DNA from: Bacteroidia bacterium
Lineage (GTDB): Bacteria; Bacteroidota; Bacteroidia; UBA4408
NCBI GenBank assembly: GCA_044238735.1
Contig: JBIICS010000002.1
Location: forward strand, 3,090-67,089
Direction of reading: 5' to 3'
Length of the DNA stretch: 64,000 nucleotides
The notes below the pieces were generated by a model. The model did no database searches. It saw only the letters and a program-made list of their open reading frames with translations, and was not told the origin of the DNA. A program made the position numbers and the translations under genes. Shown here one piece after another: positions 50,037 to 60,100 of this stretch (the first letter of the stretch is position 1; each line of letters opens with the position of its first letter).

Positions 50037-50700
50037 AATATATAAATCTTTATTAATCCTTTTCGTTTTTTTATCCAGTCTCAAAGTTTCAGCCAGCCAT
50101 GAACTACTAAGTGCTAAGTCTGATTCTGTTAAAAGTTACCCCAGGCACATCCTATCATTAAATGTTTTGCACCTGGCCTTTCAAAATTTCGACTGGGAAT
50201 ATCATTATCTTTCTTCAAAAACAGGATTAGGTTTTTATTTTAAAAATTCAGTAGCATTTAATGATAATAAGCCCGAGGCATTTACACGCCAACGTTTTCG
50301 ATTGGCACTGGGAATACCTTATACTTTTTCTCGAAGAGAAAAATACAGGTTATATTTAAACCCTTGTATAGAGATGGTTAACTTCTTTTATAATTCCCAA
50401 AAATTAGATTCCGTTCCTTATATGGCTAATTATACGGGTATTGGGCCTGTTTTTCAATATTCTGTAATAAAAAAGGACATCACTAAAACCGGGTATGGAG
50501 CCTGCTTTAATTTTAACATGGGCGGAAATTATTTTTTAAACAATAAATTAGTTTTAGGGTCCTATTTTGGAATGGGCCTTCGTCTTAATTTTACCCCTGA
50601 TATAGTGCCGGCATTAAGCCTGGATCCCCTTACTGTAAGCAATGAGGTTTTATCCTATTTTTATTTACGTATAGGTTTCCAAGTTGGTTTTGGCTTATAA
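50029..50700 (+). CDS. Hypothetical small outer-membrane beta-barrel protein (223 aa)
   Basis: Signal peptide MNKIYKSLLILFVFLSSLKVSA, alternating strands, C-terminus GFQVGFGL. Confidence 0.4.
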   Translation: MNKIYKSLLILFVFLSSLKVSASHELLSAKSDSVKSYPRHILSLNVLHLAFQNFDWEYHYLSSKTGLGFYFKNSVAFNDNKPEAFTRQRFRLALGIPYTFSRREKYRLYLNPCIEMVNFFYNSQKLDSVPYMANYTGIGPVFQYSVIKKDITKTGYGACFNFNMGGNYFLNNKLVLGSYFGMGLRLNFTPDIVPALSLDPLTVSNEVLSYFYLRIGFQVGFGL

Positions 50701-50783
50701 TACAGCCGTGATTATTTTCCCCCAATTTGGGGGTATTTGTTTGTTTACTATTAATAGTATCTTTATTAAAAAACAATTGGTGT

Positions 50784-52349
50784 ATGAAGTATTTAAGCAT
50801 TAGTGCTTTGTTGTTCCTTTCTTTATCTGGTTTTGCTCAAAAGAAACCTGCTGCTAACTGGCAGATAATGGATCCAAAATCTGATAAAATATACGGTGCT
50901 GCAACCGAAAAAGCCTTGGAAGTATTAAAAGGACGAACCCCTAAAGAAGTAATAGTAGGTGTAATTGATTCGGGGGTAGAGGTTGATCATGAAGACTTGA
51001 AAGATGTTATTTGGGTTAACAAGGGTGAGATTCCAAATAACGGAATAGATGATGACAAGAATGGTTATATAGATGATATTAACGGTTGGAGTTTTTTGGG
51101 TGGTAAAACGCAAGATTTAAATTATGAGTCGCTGGAGTTGGCTCGTTTAAATCTTCGGTACAGTAGAAAATTCTCTAAGATGGATACAACCAATTTAAAA
51201 GGTGAAGACGCTAAATTGTTTGATGAGTACAAACGTATTCGTTCCGATTTTAATAAAGAACAATCTCGACAAGAACAACAGGCCGCCGGAATCGGAATAA
51301 TGGATGCCTTTATTAAGCGTGTAAAAAAGGAGAGCAGCGGAGATTTTAGTAAAGCCTCTGTAAAATCATATGCACCCAGAGACAAACAAGATTCTGCTGT
51401 TAAGAAGCAAATGAAATTGATACTTAGTTTTGTAAATGCAAAAGAATTAGATGAACAAATTTCGGGTGCAGCCGCTTCAATTGTAAATGTGGCTAAATTA
51501 AATCGATTAAATACAGATTCAATCAGAGCGCTCGTTGTCGGCGATAATCCGGCCGATCCCAACGAACGTTTTTATGGTTGTAATAGGGTAGAAGGTCCGG
51601 ATGCTTTGCATGGCACCCATGTTTCGGGAATAATTGCTGCTATGCGTAATAATAACAAGGGCATTATAGGAGAGGCGCCAAACGTTAAAATTATGGCCAT
51701 ACGAGCAGTGCCTAATGGAGATGAACGCGATAAAGATGTTGCAAATGGCATAAGATACGCGGTTGATAATGGTGCCAGTATCATTAATATGAGTTTTGGT
51801 AAGTATTATTACTCGGATAAACCACTAGTAGATGAAGCTATAAAATATGCCATGAGTAAAGATGTTTTGCTGGTGCATGCTGCAGGAAACGACTCTAAAA
51901 ACAAGGATATTGAAGATAGTTATCCAACCCGTAAACTAAGTGACGGAACTATTGCAAATAATTGGCTGGATGTAGGTGCCAGTGCGTCTAAAAAAGGAAA
52001 AAAACTTTTGGGCAATTTTTCTAATTACGGTAAAACAACGGTAGATTTATTTGCCCCTGGAGTTGATATATATTCTACAGTTCCGGATAATAAATACTTA
52101 CACGAATCCGGAACCAGTATGGCGTCTCCGGTTGTAGCGGGAGTAGCCGCCATAATTCGAGGCTATTTTCCTGAATTAACAGCTAAAGAAGTAAGAGAAG
52201 TATTAATGAAGACTTCCGTTCAATACAAAAAGAAAGTGAGGATCCCCGGCTCTAAAAAGCAAAAAGCTAAGTTGAGTGACTTGTGTATATCGGGTGGATT
52301 AATTAATGCTGAAAATGCGGTTAAGTATTTATTGGACGAAAAAAAATAA
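50784..52349 (+). CDS. Secreted S8-family (subtilisin-like) serine peptidase
   Basis: Catalytic triad contexts VIDSGVEVDHEDL (Asp), HGTHVSGIIAA (His) and GTSMASPVVAGVAA (Ser). The ATG at 50784 gives signal peptide MKYLSISALLFLSLSGFAQ. The track start 50727 is rejected. Confidence 0.85.
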   Translation: MKYLSISALLFLSLSGFAQKKPAANWQIMDPKSDKIYGAATEKALEVLKGRTPKEVIVGVIDSGVEVDHEDLKDVIWVNKGEIPNNGIDDDKNGYIDDINGWSFLGGKTQDLNYESLELARLNLRYSRKFSKMDTTNLKGEDAKLFDEYKRIRSDFNKEQSRQEQQAAGIGIMDAFIKRVKKESSGDFSKASVKSYAPRDKQDSAVKKQMKLILSFVNAKELDEQISGAAASIVNVAKLNRLNTDSIRALVVGDNPADPNERFYGCNRVEGPDALHGTHVSGIIAAMRNNNKGIIGEAPNVKIMAIRAVPNGDERDKDVANGIRYAVDNGASIINMSFGKYYYSDKPLVDEAIKYAMSKDVLLVHAAGNDSKNKDIEDSYPTRKLSDGTIANNWLDVGASASKKGKKLLGNFSNYGKTTVDLFAPGVDIYSTVPDNKYLHESGTSMASPVVAGVAAIIRGYFPELTAKEVREVLMKTSVQYKKKVRIPGSKKQKAKLSDLCISGGLINAENAVKYLLDEKK

Positions 52350-52363
52350 AAACGTTTAGTTTT

Positions 52364-52398
52364 AGGCCACCTGATTAAGGTGGTCTTCTTTTTTTTAA
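52364..52398 (+). terminator. Rho-independent terminator (ggccacct-gatta-aggtggtc + T-rich tail)
   Basis: Seen 15 nt after the S8 peptidase stop. Confidence 0.55.
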
Positions 52399-52579
52399 AT
52401 GGAAAAAGCCGTATTTCTAATTGATGGCTCAACTTGTTGAAACCCTCAATTTTAAAGCATTTTTTTGAGAATTTTTTTAAAATGTCAAATTTCACAGGTT
52501 TTTAATCAAAATTCATTGAAAACAAGGGTTAACTGCTCAATTTACCTTAGATTTGCAAAAAAATTAATAAAACCAGAAA

Positions 52580-53524
52580 ATGAAAAACTATAAAGTATCC
52601 GTAATTGGAGCAGGAAATGTTGGTGCAACATGCGCCGAAGCTATTGCTAACAGAAGAATTGCCAGCGAAATTGTTTTACTGGACATTAAACAGGGTTTTG
52701 CTGAAGGTAAAGCATTAGACATGATGCAAACCGCCACCTTAAATAATTTTAATACCCGAATTTCGGGTGTTACAGCCGATTACAGCGCAACAGCCAATAG
52801 TGATGTAGTGGTGATTACCTCTGGAATCCCTCGTAAACCTGGTATGACACGCGAAGAACTAATCGGTATTAATGCCGGTATTGTAAAAGATGTAACTTCT
52901 AATATTTTAAAGTACTCTCCTGAGGCCATTATCGTGGTAGTTAGTAACCCTATGGATACTATGACATACCTGGCGCTTAAGTCTACAGGCCTGCCTAAAA
53001 ACAGAATTATCGGAATGGGCGGTATATTAGACAGCGCTCGTTTTAAATGTTATTTGTCTGCCGCCTTAAATGTTCCTGCTAACGATGTTCAAGGATACGT
53101 AGTAGGTGGGCATGGAGATACTACCATGATACCGTTAACACGTTTAGCTACTTATAATGGAGTACCTGCCAGTGAGTATCTAAATGCTGAAACGCTTGCA
53201 AAAGTTGCTGCGGATACGATGGTAGGCGGTGCTACTTTAACCGGATTATTAGGAACCTCGGCTTGGTATGCTCCAGGAGCAGCAGTAGCCAGCTTAGTAG
53301 ATAGTATATTAAATGATCAAAAGCGTTTGTATACTTGTTGTGTATCTTTAGACGGAGAATATGGTCAGAAAGATATTTGCATTGGCGTGCCTGTAATTAT
53401 TGGCAAAAACGGCTGGGAAAAAATAGTAGATTTTAAACTTAATGCTGATGAGCAGGCTTTGTTTAATAAGAGTGCAGATGCAGTAAGAAATATGAACGCT
53501 GCTTTAAACACAGTTTTAGCTTAA
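52580..53524 (+). CDS. mdh: Malate dehydrogenase (LDH-like MDH family)
   Basis: VIGAGNVGATCA Rossmann motif, SGIPRKPGMTREEL, and the catalytic-His context GGHGDTT. Confidence 0.9.
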   Translation: MKNYKVSVIGAGNVGATCAEAIANRRIASEIVLLDIKQGFAEGKALDMMQTATLNNFNTRISGVTADYSATANSDVVVITSGIPRKPGMTREELIGINAGIVKDVTSNILKYSPEAIIVVVSNPMDTMTYLALKSTGLPKNRIIGMGGILDSARFKCYLSAALNVPANDVQGYVVGGHGDTTMIPLTRLATYNGVPASEYLNAETLAKVAADTMVGGATLTGLLGTSAWYAPGAAVASLVDSILNDQKRLYTCCVSLDGEYGQKDICIGVPVIIGKNGWEKIVDFKLNADEQALFNKSADAVRNMNAALNTVLA

Positions 53525-53542
53525 TAAAAAACACTTACTTAT

Positions 53543-53568
53543 AGCCCCGGTAAAACGGGGCTTTTTTA
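53543..53568 (+). terminator. Rho-independent terminator (agccccg-gtaaaa-cggggct + T6)
   Basis: Perfect stem 19 nt after the mdh stop. Confidence 0.7.
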
Positions 53569-53572
53569 TGCT

Positions 53573-53986
53573 TTGAAAATAAAATTTAAAAAAATAAAAA
53601 TTGACACCGGCTATCATCTATTAATAAAATTAAAGATAAATGATCAAGAGGCTGTTTTTGTAATTGACTCCGGCGCCAGCAATACAGTAATGGATTTAGA
53701 GGCATCCAAACGATTTATATCAAAGGAAAAAATTAAACAGGAAGGTAAACTTTCGAGCGGACTGGGCACCAATAAAATGTCGAGTGCTCTTTCAAAAAAA
53801 CAATTCTTAGAAATTGGAAAACTTAAATTTAAACATCCTTTGGTTATATTAGATTTACATCATATTAATAGCTCATACCAGTCTTTGGGATATAATTCAA
53901 TTGATGGTGTTTTAGGTTGCGATATTTTGGTAAAGTTTAATGCCGTAATTAACATTAAAACCAAAGAATTAATCTTACGTAAATAA
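53573..53986 (+). CDS. Retropepsin-like (clan AA) aspartic protease family protein, cytoplasmic, 137 aa
   Basis: VIDSGASNTVM is the D-S/T-G-A active-site loop. There is a second hydrophobic-Gly block LGCDILVKF. No signal peptide. Confidence 0.6.
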   Translation: MKIKFKKIKIDTGYHLLIKLKINDQEAVFVIDSGASNTVMDLEASKRFISKEKIKQEGKLSSGLGTNKMSSALSKKQFLEIGKLKFKHPLVILDLHHINSSYQSLGYNSIDGVLGCDILVKFNAVINIKTKELILRK

Positions 53987-53987
53987 A

Positions 53988-54713
53988 TTGAAGACCATCA
54001 TAAAAAATATACCTAATACAATTACAGCAGGAAATTTATTTTGTGGGTGTATGGCCATTATAAGCATTTCTAAGGGAAATCTGGTAAGCGCTTCGTGGTT
54101 TGTAATTGCAGCTGCTGTATTGGACTTTTTAGATGGTTTTATAGCAAGGTTATTAAAGGTGCATTCTGAAATTGGTAAGCAATTAGATTCACTGGCAGAT
54201 ATTGTAACGTTTGGTGTAGTTCCGGGTTATATCCTGTATACGTTGTTGTCTCAAACCCAATTTTGTGAAAGCGGAACTTGCTGGAAAGCCATTATTTTAC
54301 CTTATTATGGCTTTTTGATTACAGTTTTTTCGGCGGTAAGGCTCGCAAAATTTAATATAGATACCCGACAATCCAATTCATTTATTGGGGTTCCAACACC
54401 GGCTAATGCTTTGATGATCGCCAGCTTTTGTCTTACGCCCATTACCTCATTTATGTATCCTTTAATTCATCATTATGTTTTTTTAGCAAGCGTTTGTTTA
54501 ATAATGAGTTATTTACTGGTGGCCGAAATCCCTTTGTTTGCCCTTAAGTTTAAATCTTTTGGATGGAACGGTAATGAGCCAAGATTTATTTTTTTGTTTT
54601 GTAGTGTTCTTCTGTTAGTGATTATGGGGCCTTCGGCAGCTATATTTATATTATTATTGTATGTTCTGATGTCCCTCATTTTTGAGAGACTTAAAATTCA
54701 TAAAACAGTTTAA
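53988..54713 (+). CDS. pssA: CDP-diacylglycerol--serine O-phosphatidyltransferase (CDP-alcohol phosphatidyltransferase family)
   Basis: DFLDGFIARLL.....GKQLDSLADIV is the D.{2}DG.{2}AR...G.{3}D.{3}D signature. 6-7 TM helices. 241 aa as in Bacteroidota PssA. Confidence 0.8.
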   Translation: MKTIIKNIPNTITAGNLFCGCMAIISISKGNLVSASWFVIAAAVLDFLDGFIARLLKVHSEIGKQLDSLADIVTFGVVPGYILYTLLSQTQFCESGTCWKAIILPYYGFLITVFSAVRLAKFNIDTRQSNSFIGVPTPANALMIASFCLTPITSFMYPLIHHYVFLASVCLIMSYLLVAEIPLFALKFKSFGWNGNEPRFIFLFCSVLLLVIMGPSAAIFILLLYVLMSLIFERLKIHKTV

Positions 54714-54854
54714 ACTGAAGTTTTGTATATATAAAATTTAGAACTAATCGGTTAAAAACGTAAATACCTTAAAAAGAGTATTTTCAATTGTAGGGTGTAT
54801 ATTTTAATTTTTTGTATTAAAACGCTTAATAACTTTGTAAAAGGAATTTTTAAA

Positions 54855-55952
54855 ATGAAAGTAAATTTTGCCAATACCAAAAACACCGATTTTCTTATCA
54901 CATTAAGAACGCGTGTAGATAATTACTTTAAAACTAATAACTTGTCTAAAAACGCAAATGAGAAGATGGTATTTAAAACCACTTTTGTTTTGGGTGTTTT
55001 TTTTCTTTGTTACCTCGTTCTAATATTAAATGCCTTTGAAAATGCCTGGATTAATTTGGCTATTTGTGCTACTTTGGGTTTGTTTACCGCATTTATCGGT
55101 TTTAACGTGGGGCATGATGCTGTTCATGGATCATACTCTAAAAATCCAAAGGTAAACAAGTTTTTAGGTTATACTTTTGATATGCTTGGCGCTAGTTCTT
55201 TTATGTGGAATATTGCTCACAACGTGGTTCATCACACCTATACAAATGTCCCTGACCATGATGATGATATTGAGCCCGTTTTTCTGATCCGTTTAAATCC
55301 GCATAAGAAGAGACTTTGGATACATCGTTTTCAGCATATTTATGCAACTTTCTTTTATGGATTAACTTCTTTATCATGGGTATTAATGAAAGATTTTAAA
55401 CAGCTTTCCGCACAACACATAGGGGGAAGTTATACAAAACATAAGTATCCTGCAAAAGACCTCATAATATTGTTTTCTGCTAAAGCTATCTATTTATTCA
55501 TATTTGTAGTGTTGCCTATTATTGTGTTACCTTTTACGTGGTGGCAGGTTTTATTGGGCTTTGTCACCTTACACTTTGTAGAGGGTATTACACTTGCAAT
55601 CGTTTTTCAATTGGCACATGTTGTGGAGGGGCCTGCGTTCCCGTCTCCGGATGAGTTAGGGCATTTAGAAAATAATTGGGCTATACATCAGTTATACACT
55701 ACTGCTAATTTTGCAAAAAACAATAAGTTAGCAACCTTCTTTTTTGGAGGTTTAAATTTTCAGATAGAACATCATCTATTTCCAAAAGTTTGTCATATTC
55801 ACTATCCAAATTTATCCGAAATTGTAAAACAAACGGCGTTAGAGTTTGGTATACCCTATTACGAAAACAAAACTATGTGGCAAGCAATTAAATCTCATTA
55901 TCATTTATTAAAGCGTTTTGGTACCCAAGATGATTTTCAGTTCTCGTATTAA
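54855..55952 (+). CDS. Membrane fatty-acid (acyl-lipid/acyl-CoA) desaturase
   Basis: Three His boxes: HDAVHGS, HNVVHHTYTN and QIEHHLFP, with 4 TM helices. The ATG at 54855 is preferred over the track start 54795. Confidence 0.8.
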   Translation: MKVNFANTKNTDFLITLRTRVDNYFKTNNLSKNANEKMVFKTTFVLGVFFLCYLVLILNAFENAWINLAICATLGLFTAFIGFNVGHDAVHGSYSKNPKVNKFLGYTFDMLGASSFMWNIAHNVVHHTYTNVPDHDDDIEPVFLIRLNPHKKRLWIHRFQHIYATFFYGLTSLSWVLMKDFKQLSAQHIGGSYTKHKYPAKDLIILFSAKAIYLFIFVVLPIIVLPFTWWQVLLGFVTLHFVEGITLAIVFQLAHVVEGPAFPSPDELGHLENNWAIHQLYTTANFAKNNKLATFFFGGLNFQIEHHLFPKVCHIHYPNLSEIVKQTALEFGIPYYENKTMWQAIKSHYHLLKRFGTQDDFQFSY

Positions 55953-56075
55953 TTATAAATTCTCATAAAATAAAAAGGGGCTTAGATTTTCTATGCCCCT
56001 TTTTAATTAAATAAACCCAGATTTTTCAATTAGTGTATGCTTATTAACCGATGGATTTAAAATTAGGGTTAACGA

Positions 56076-57065
56076 TTATACCAAATTGTTTTTTACTAAA
56101 AGTTCCGCAATCTGAACTGCATTAGTAGCCGCGCCTTTGCGAAGATTATCGGCCACAATCCACATGTTTAGAGTATTGGGTTGAGATTCATCTTTTCTAA
56201 TTCTTCCTACAAAAACTTCATCGCGCTTGTGAGCATTTAAAGGCATTGGATAAACCAGATTCTTTACATCATCCTGTACAATAATCCCACTAGATTTGCT
56301 TAAAATAGCCCGAACATCATCTAAATTAAATTCATTTTCAAACTCTATATTAACGGATTCCGAGTGTCCGCCAATAACTGGTATACGAACGGTAGTAGCT
56401 GTAACACGAATAGTGTTATCACCCATAATTTTATTCGTTTCTTTTATCATCTTCATCTCTTCCTTAGTGTAACCATTCTCCTGAAAAACATCAATGTGAG
56501 GAATTACATTTAAATCTATTTTATATGGATAAGCCATTTCTGTTTCTTTTCCGGCGCGTTCATTCATTAATTGAGTTACAGCCTTAACGCCAGTTCCGGT
56601 AACAGATTGATAAGTAGATACTACAACTCGTTTAATTTTATATCGATCATGCAAAGGTTTAAGTACTACAACCATCTGAATAGTTGAACAATTGGGATTT
56701 GCAATAATCTTGTCTTCTTTTGTTAAAACAGATCCGTTAACTTCAGGCACCACTAATTTTTTAGTTGGATCCATTCGCCAAGCAGATGAATTATCGATAA
56801 CTGTAATGCCTGCTGCGGCAAAAAGGGGAGCTAATTCAGTTGAAGTAGTTCCACCCGCAGAAAAGATGGCGATTTGTGGTTTAAGTGAAATAGCAGTTTG
56901 AGCTGAAACAACTTTAAACTTTTTTCCATTAAATTCAACCTCTTTTCCTATGCTCTTTTCAGATGCAACCGGAATTAATTCATCAATCGGAAATTTGCGC
57001 TCTTTTAAAACTTCAAGCATCTCGGAACCCACTAGTCCGGTGGCCCCAACTACGGCAATTTTCAT
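56076..57065 (-). CDS. asd: Aspartate-semialdehyde dehydrogenase
   Basis: MKIAVVGATGLVGSEML, NPNCSTIQMVVVLKPLH (active-site Cys) and the typical C-terminal dimerisation domain. Confidence 0.9.
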   Translation of the reverse strand: MKIAVVGATGLVGSEMLEVLKERKFPIDELIPVASEKSIGKEVEFNGKKFKVVSAQTAISLKPQIAIFSAGGTTSTELAPLFAAAGITVIDNSSAWRMDPTKKLVVPEVNGSVLTKEDKIIANPNCSTIQMVVVLKPLHDRYKIKRVVVSTYQSVTGTGVKAVTQLMNERAGKETEMAYPYKIDLNVIPHIDVFQENGYTKEEMKMIKETNKIMGDNTIRVTATTVRIPVIGGHSESVNIEFENEFNLDDVRAILSKSSGIIVQDDVKNLVYPMPLNAHKRDEVFVGRIRKDESQPNTLNMWIVADNLRKGAATNAVQIAELLVKNNLV

Positions 57066-57140
57066 AAGTAATTTATTTAAATAATATAGTCCAAAAATAC
57101 TATATTTATAAGTAACAGCGTAATTGATGCAACTTAAAAA

Positions 57141-60100
57141 ATGAGATATTTTTTATTTATTATCCTATCAGCTTTTTACCTTTTAAGTTATGCTCAGCTG
57201 AACGAGAATTTTAGCGATGGAGATTTTAAAAACAACCCCAGCTGGTTTGGAGATACGGGTGTATTTATAATAAATGCTTCAAATCAATTGCAATTGAATA
57301 ATGCCGGTGTAGCATCAACTAGTATATTATATACCCCTTTGGTGCTCGGGAATCTGGATAGTTTAGAGTGGAATGTATTTGTCAAACAGTCATTTGCAGG
57401 ATCATCCAGTAATTATTCCCGTATATATCTAGTTTCGGATCAGCCCGATTTAAAATCCTCTCTAAACGGGTATTTTTTACAATTTGGAGAGGCAAATGCC
57501 AACGATGCAATAGAACTCTTTAAACAAACTGGAACTAGTGTTAGTTCTATTTGCAGAGGTACTAATGCCTCCATTGCCAGTTCTGTTAATGCTCATGTAA
57601 AAGTTGAACGCAGACAAGGAGGGTTATGGAAACTTTATGTTGATTACACGGGAGGAAATAATTATACATTAGATGCTCAGGGTACAGACAATAGTTTTAA
57701 TTCTTCCGGTTTTTTTGGTTTTTTATGTAACTATACCTCTTCTAATGCAACCAAATTTTTTTATGATAATATCCGTGTAAATAATCTGATAGCGGATACA
57801 GTGAAACCGGTTCTACTGGCTGCTGAGGCTTTAAATAATCAACATCTTATTCTTACTTTTTCAGAAACCATAGATACGAACGGGGTTTCCAATAACAATA
57901 ATTATTTTTTAAATGGCGGAATTGGTAACCCTTTACAGGCTTATCCAGATACTAATGATAAAAAGAGTATTCATTTAATTACTGCTAATTTGTTTATGAG
58001 CGGCCAAACATATGCGGTAACTGTTAATAACATTAAAGATCTGAATAGTAATTTTATTTTAGCAAACAGCAGTTTATCTTTTATATATATTGGCTTTGAA
58101 AGCCCTGTTTCTAAGGATGTGGTTGTTAATGAGATTTATGCAGATAATACTTCCACAATTAATTTTACTCAAATTAACAGCCGAGGAGAATACATTGAGC
58201 TTTATAACAGAAGTAATAAATATTTTAATTTACAAAATTGGACTATAACTGCCGGAAGTAGCACCCGAGTATTACCTACTTGTATTTTAAATCCGGGAAC
58301 TTATGTAACGTTATGCGCAGTTGCTGATACCGCGTTTTATAAATCATATGGCCCTGTAGTTAGTCTTAGTTCTGCATTACCCTTAACTAACGCCGGTTCA
58401 ACCTTAATTTTAAAAGATAATACCGGAAGAACTATTGATAAAATAAGTTATTCGGATAGCTGGTATAATGATAACGATAAAAAGGATGGAGGTTATGCGC
58501 TCGAAAAAATAAACCCAAATGATTCTTGTTTTAACCAAAAACCAAACTGGAGTGGGTCTAATAGCGTTTCTGTTGGGGGTAGTCCGGGAATAGTAAATAC
58601 CGTTTATTCATTAAATAGTGATAATACTCCTCCATCTGTATCGGAAGTTACGGTTGTAGATTCTAACCGTATACAGGTTTGTTTTAACGAAGGTATGGAC
58701 AGTGCATCAGTTTTTCAATCGAATCATTATTTTGTAAATAACGGCTTGATTGTTACCGCTGTAGCTTCTATTAGCCCTTCCTATGATTGTATAGTATTGG
58801 TTACCAATTTAACTATAGATAGCAACATTACTTATCTGTTGTCGGCAGTTAATGTTGCAGATTGCAGAGGTAATACAATTGCGGGTAACAACAGTGGGGA
58901 ATTTAGTGTTAGTATCCCTGCATCTCGCTTTGATATTATAATAAATGAGATTATGGCTGATCCAACTCCCGAAGTTTTACTGCCTAATGCAGAATTTGTT
59001 GAAGTTTATAATCGTTCCACAAAAAGAATACGAATGGATAAATGGAAACTTTCGGTTGGTAACTCTTTAAAGACAATCTCTAACAGAACCATAGGTCCTG
59101 GCGAATACTTGATTCTTGCCGCTAATTCCGATACCACTTTATTTAGTTCTTATGGAAAAGTGAGTGGTATAAGTAGTACGTTAAGTTTAACAAACGGTGG
59201 TGCTACACTTACACTGCTAGACAGTAATGCTGCTATTATTGATAAAGTTAGTTATAGCTCTTTATGGTATACTGATAACAATAAAGACGATGGAGGTTGG
59301 ACACTGGAAAGAATTAATTCTAACGATTTCTGTTCATTAACTGGAAACTGGAAGGCATCTGATAATTTGAGTGGGGGAACACCTGGGAAAATAAATAGTA
59401 TTCAAAATAATGCTCCTGATTTAAGTGGTCCACAGCTGGTTGATGTCATGGTAAACTCTGCAAACACACTGGTTGCTTTCTTTAATGAAACACTAGATTC
59501 TGTTTTTAATGAAAACGTATTGTTATTTGCAATTAGCGGTCAAGCCCCTCCAAATATTAACTCCGTTAAGGTTATTGCTCCGTTTTATAATCAGGTTCTT
59601 ATTACATTAAGTTCTGCTATTACTATCGGACAGGCCTATACACTCTCAGTTAATGGACTTAAAGATTGTAAGGGCAATGTAAATACTTTAGTTCAATCAT
59701 CAGTATTCGGAAGGTACAGGCAGGCCTTGCCTTATGAGATTGTAATTAATGAACTAATGGCAGATCCCGATCCTTCTGTAAATTTGCCCAATTATGAATA
59801 CATAGAAATCTATAACCGAACTAATCAATCGCTTAACCTCGAAAAAATGATTATTAGTTCCGGTAGTAGTAAGATTATTTTGCCTTTTAAAATAATTGGC
59901 CCCGGACAATATTTTTTATTGTTAGATGAAGATGGTGCTCCTTTTTATACCAGTTTGCCTAACAAAATTGAATTTCCTGGTTTTGTTACACTCCCCAATG
60001 AAGGTGGAACTTTAACGTTAACGGATAGTTCAGGAAACATCACCCACAGTATTTCTTACACGAGTGGTTGGTATAAAAACACGCAGAAAGACGAGGGGGG

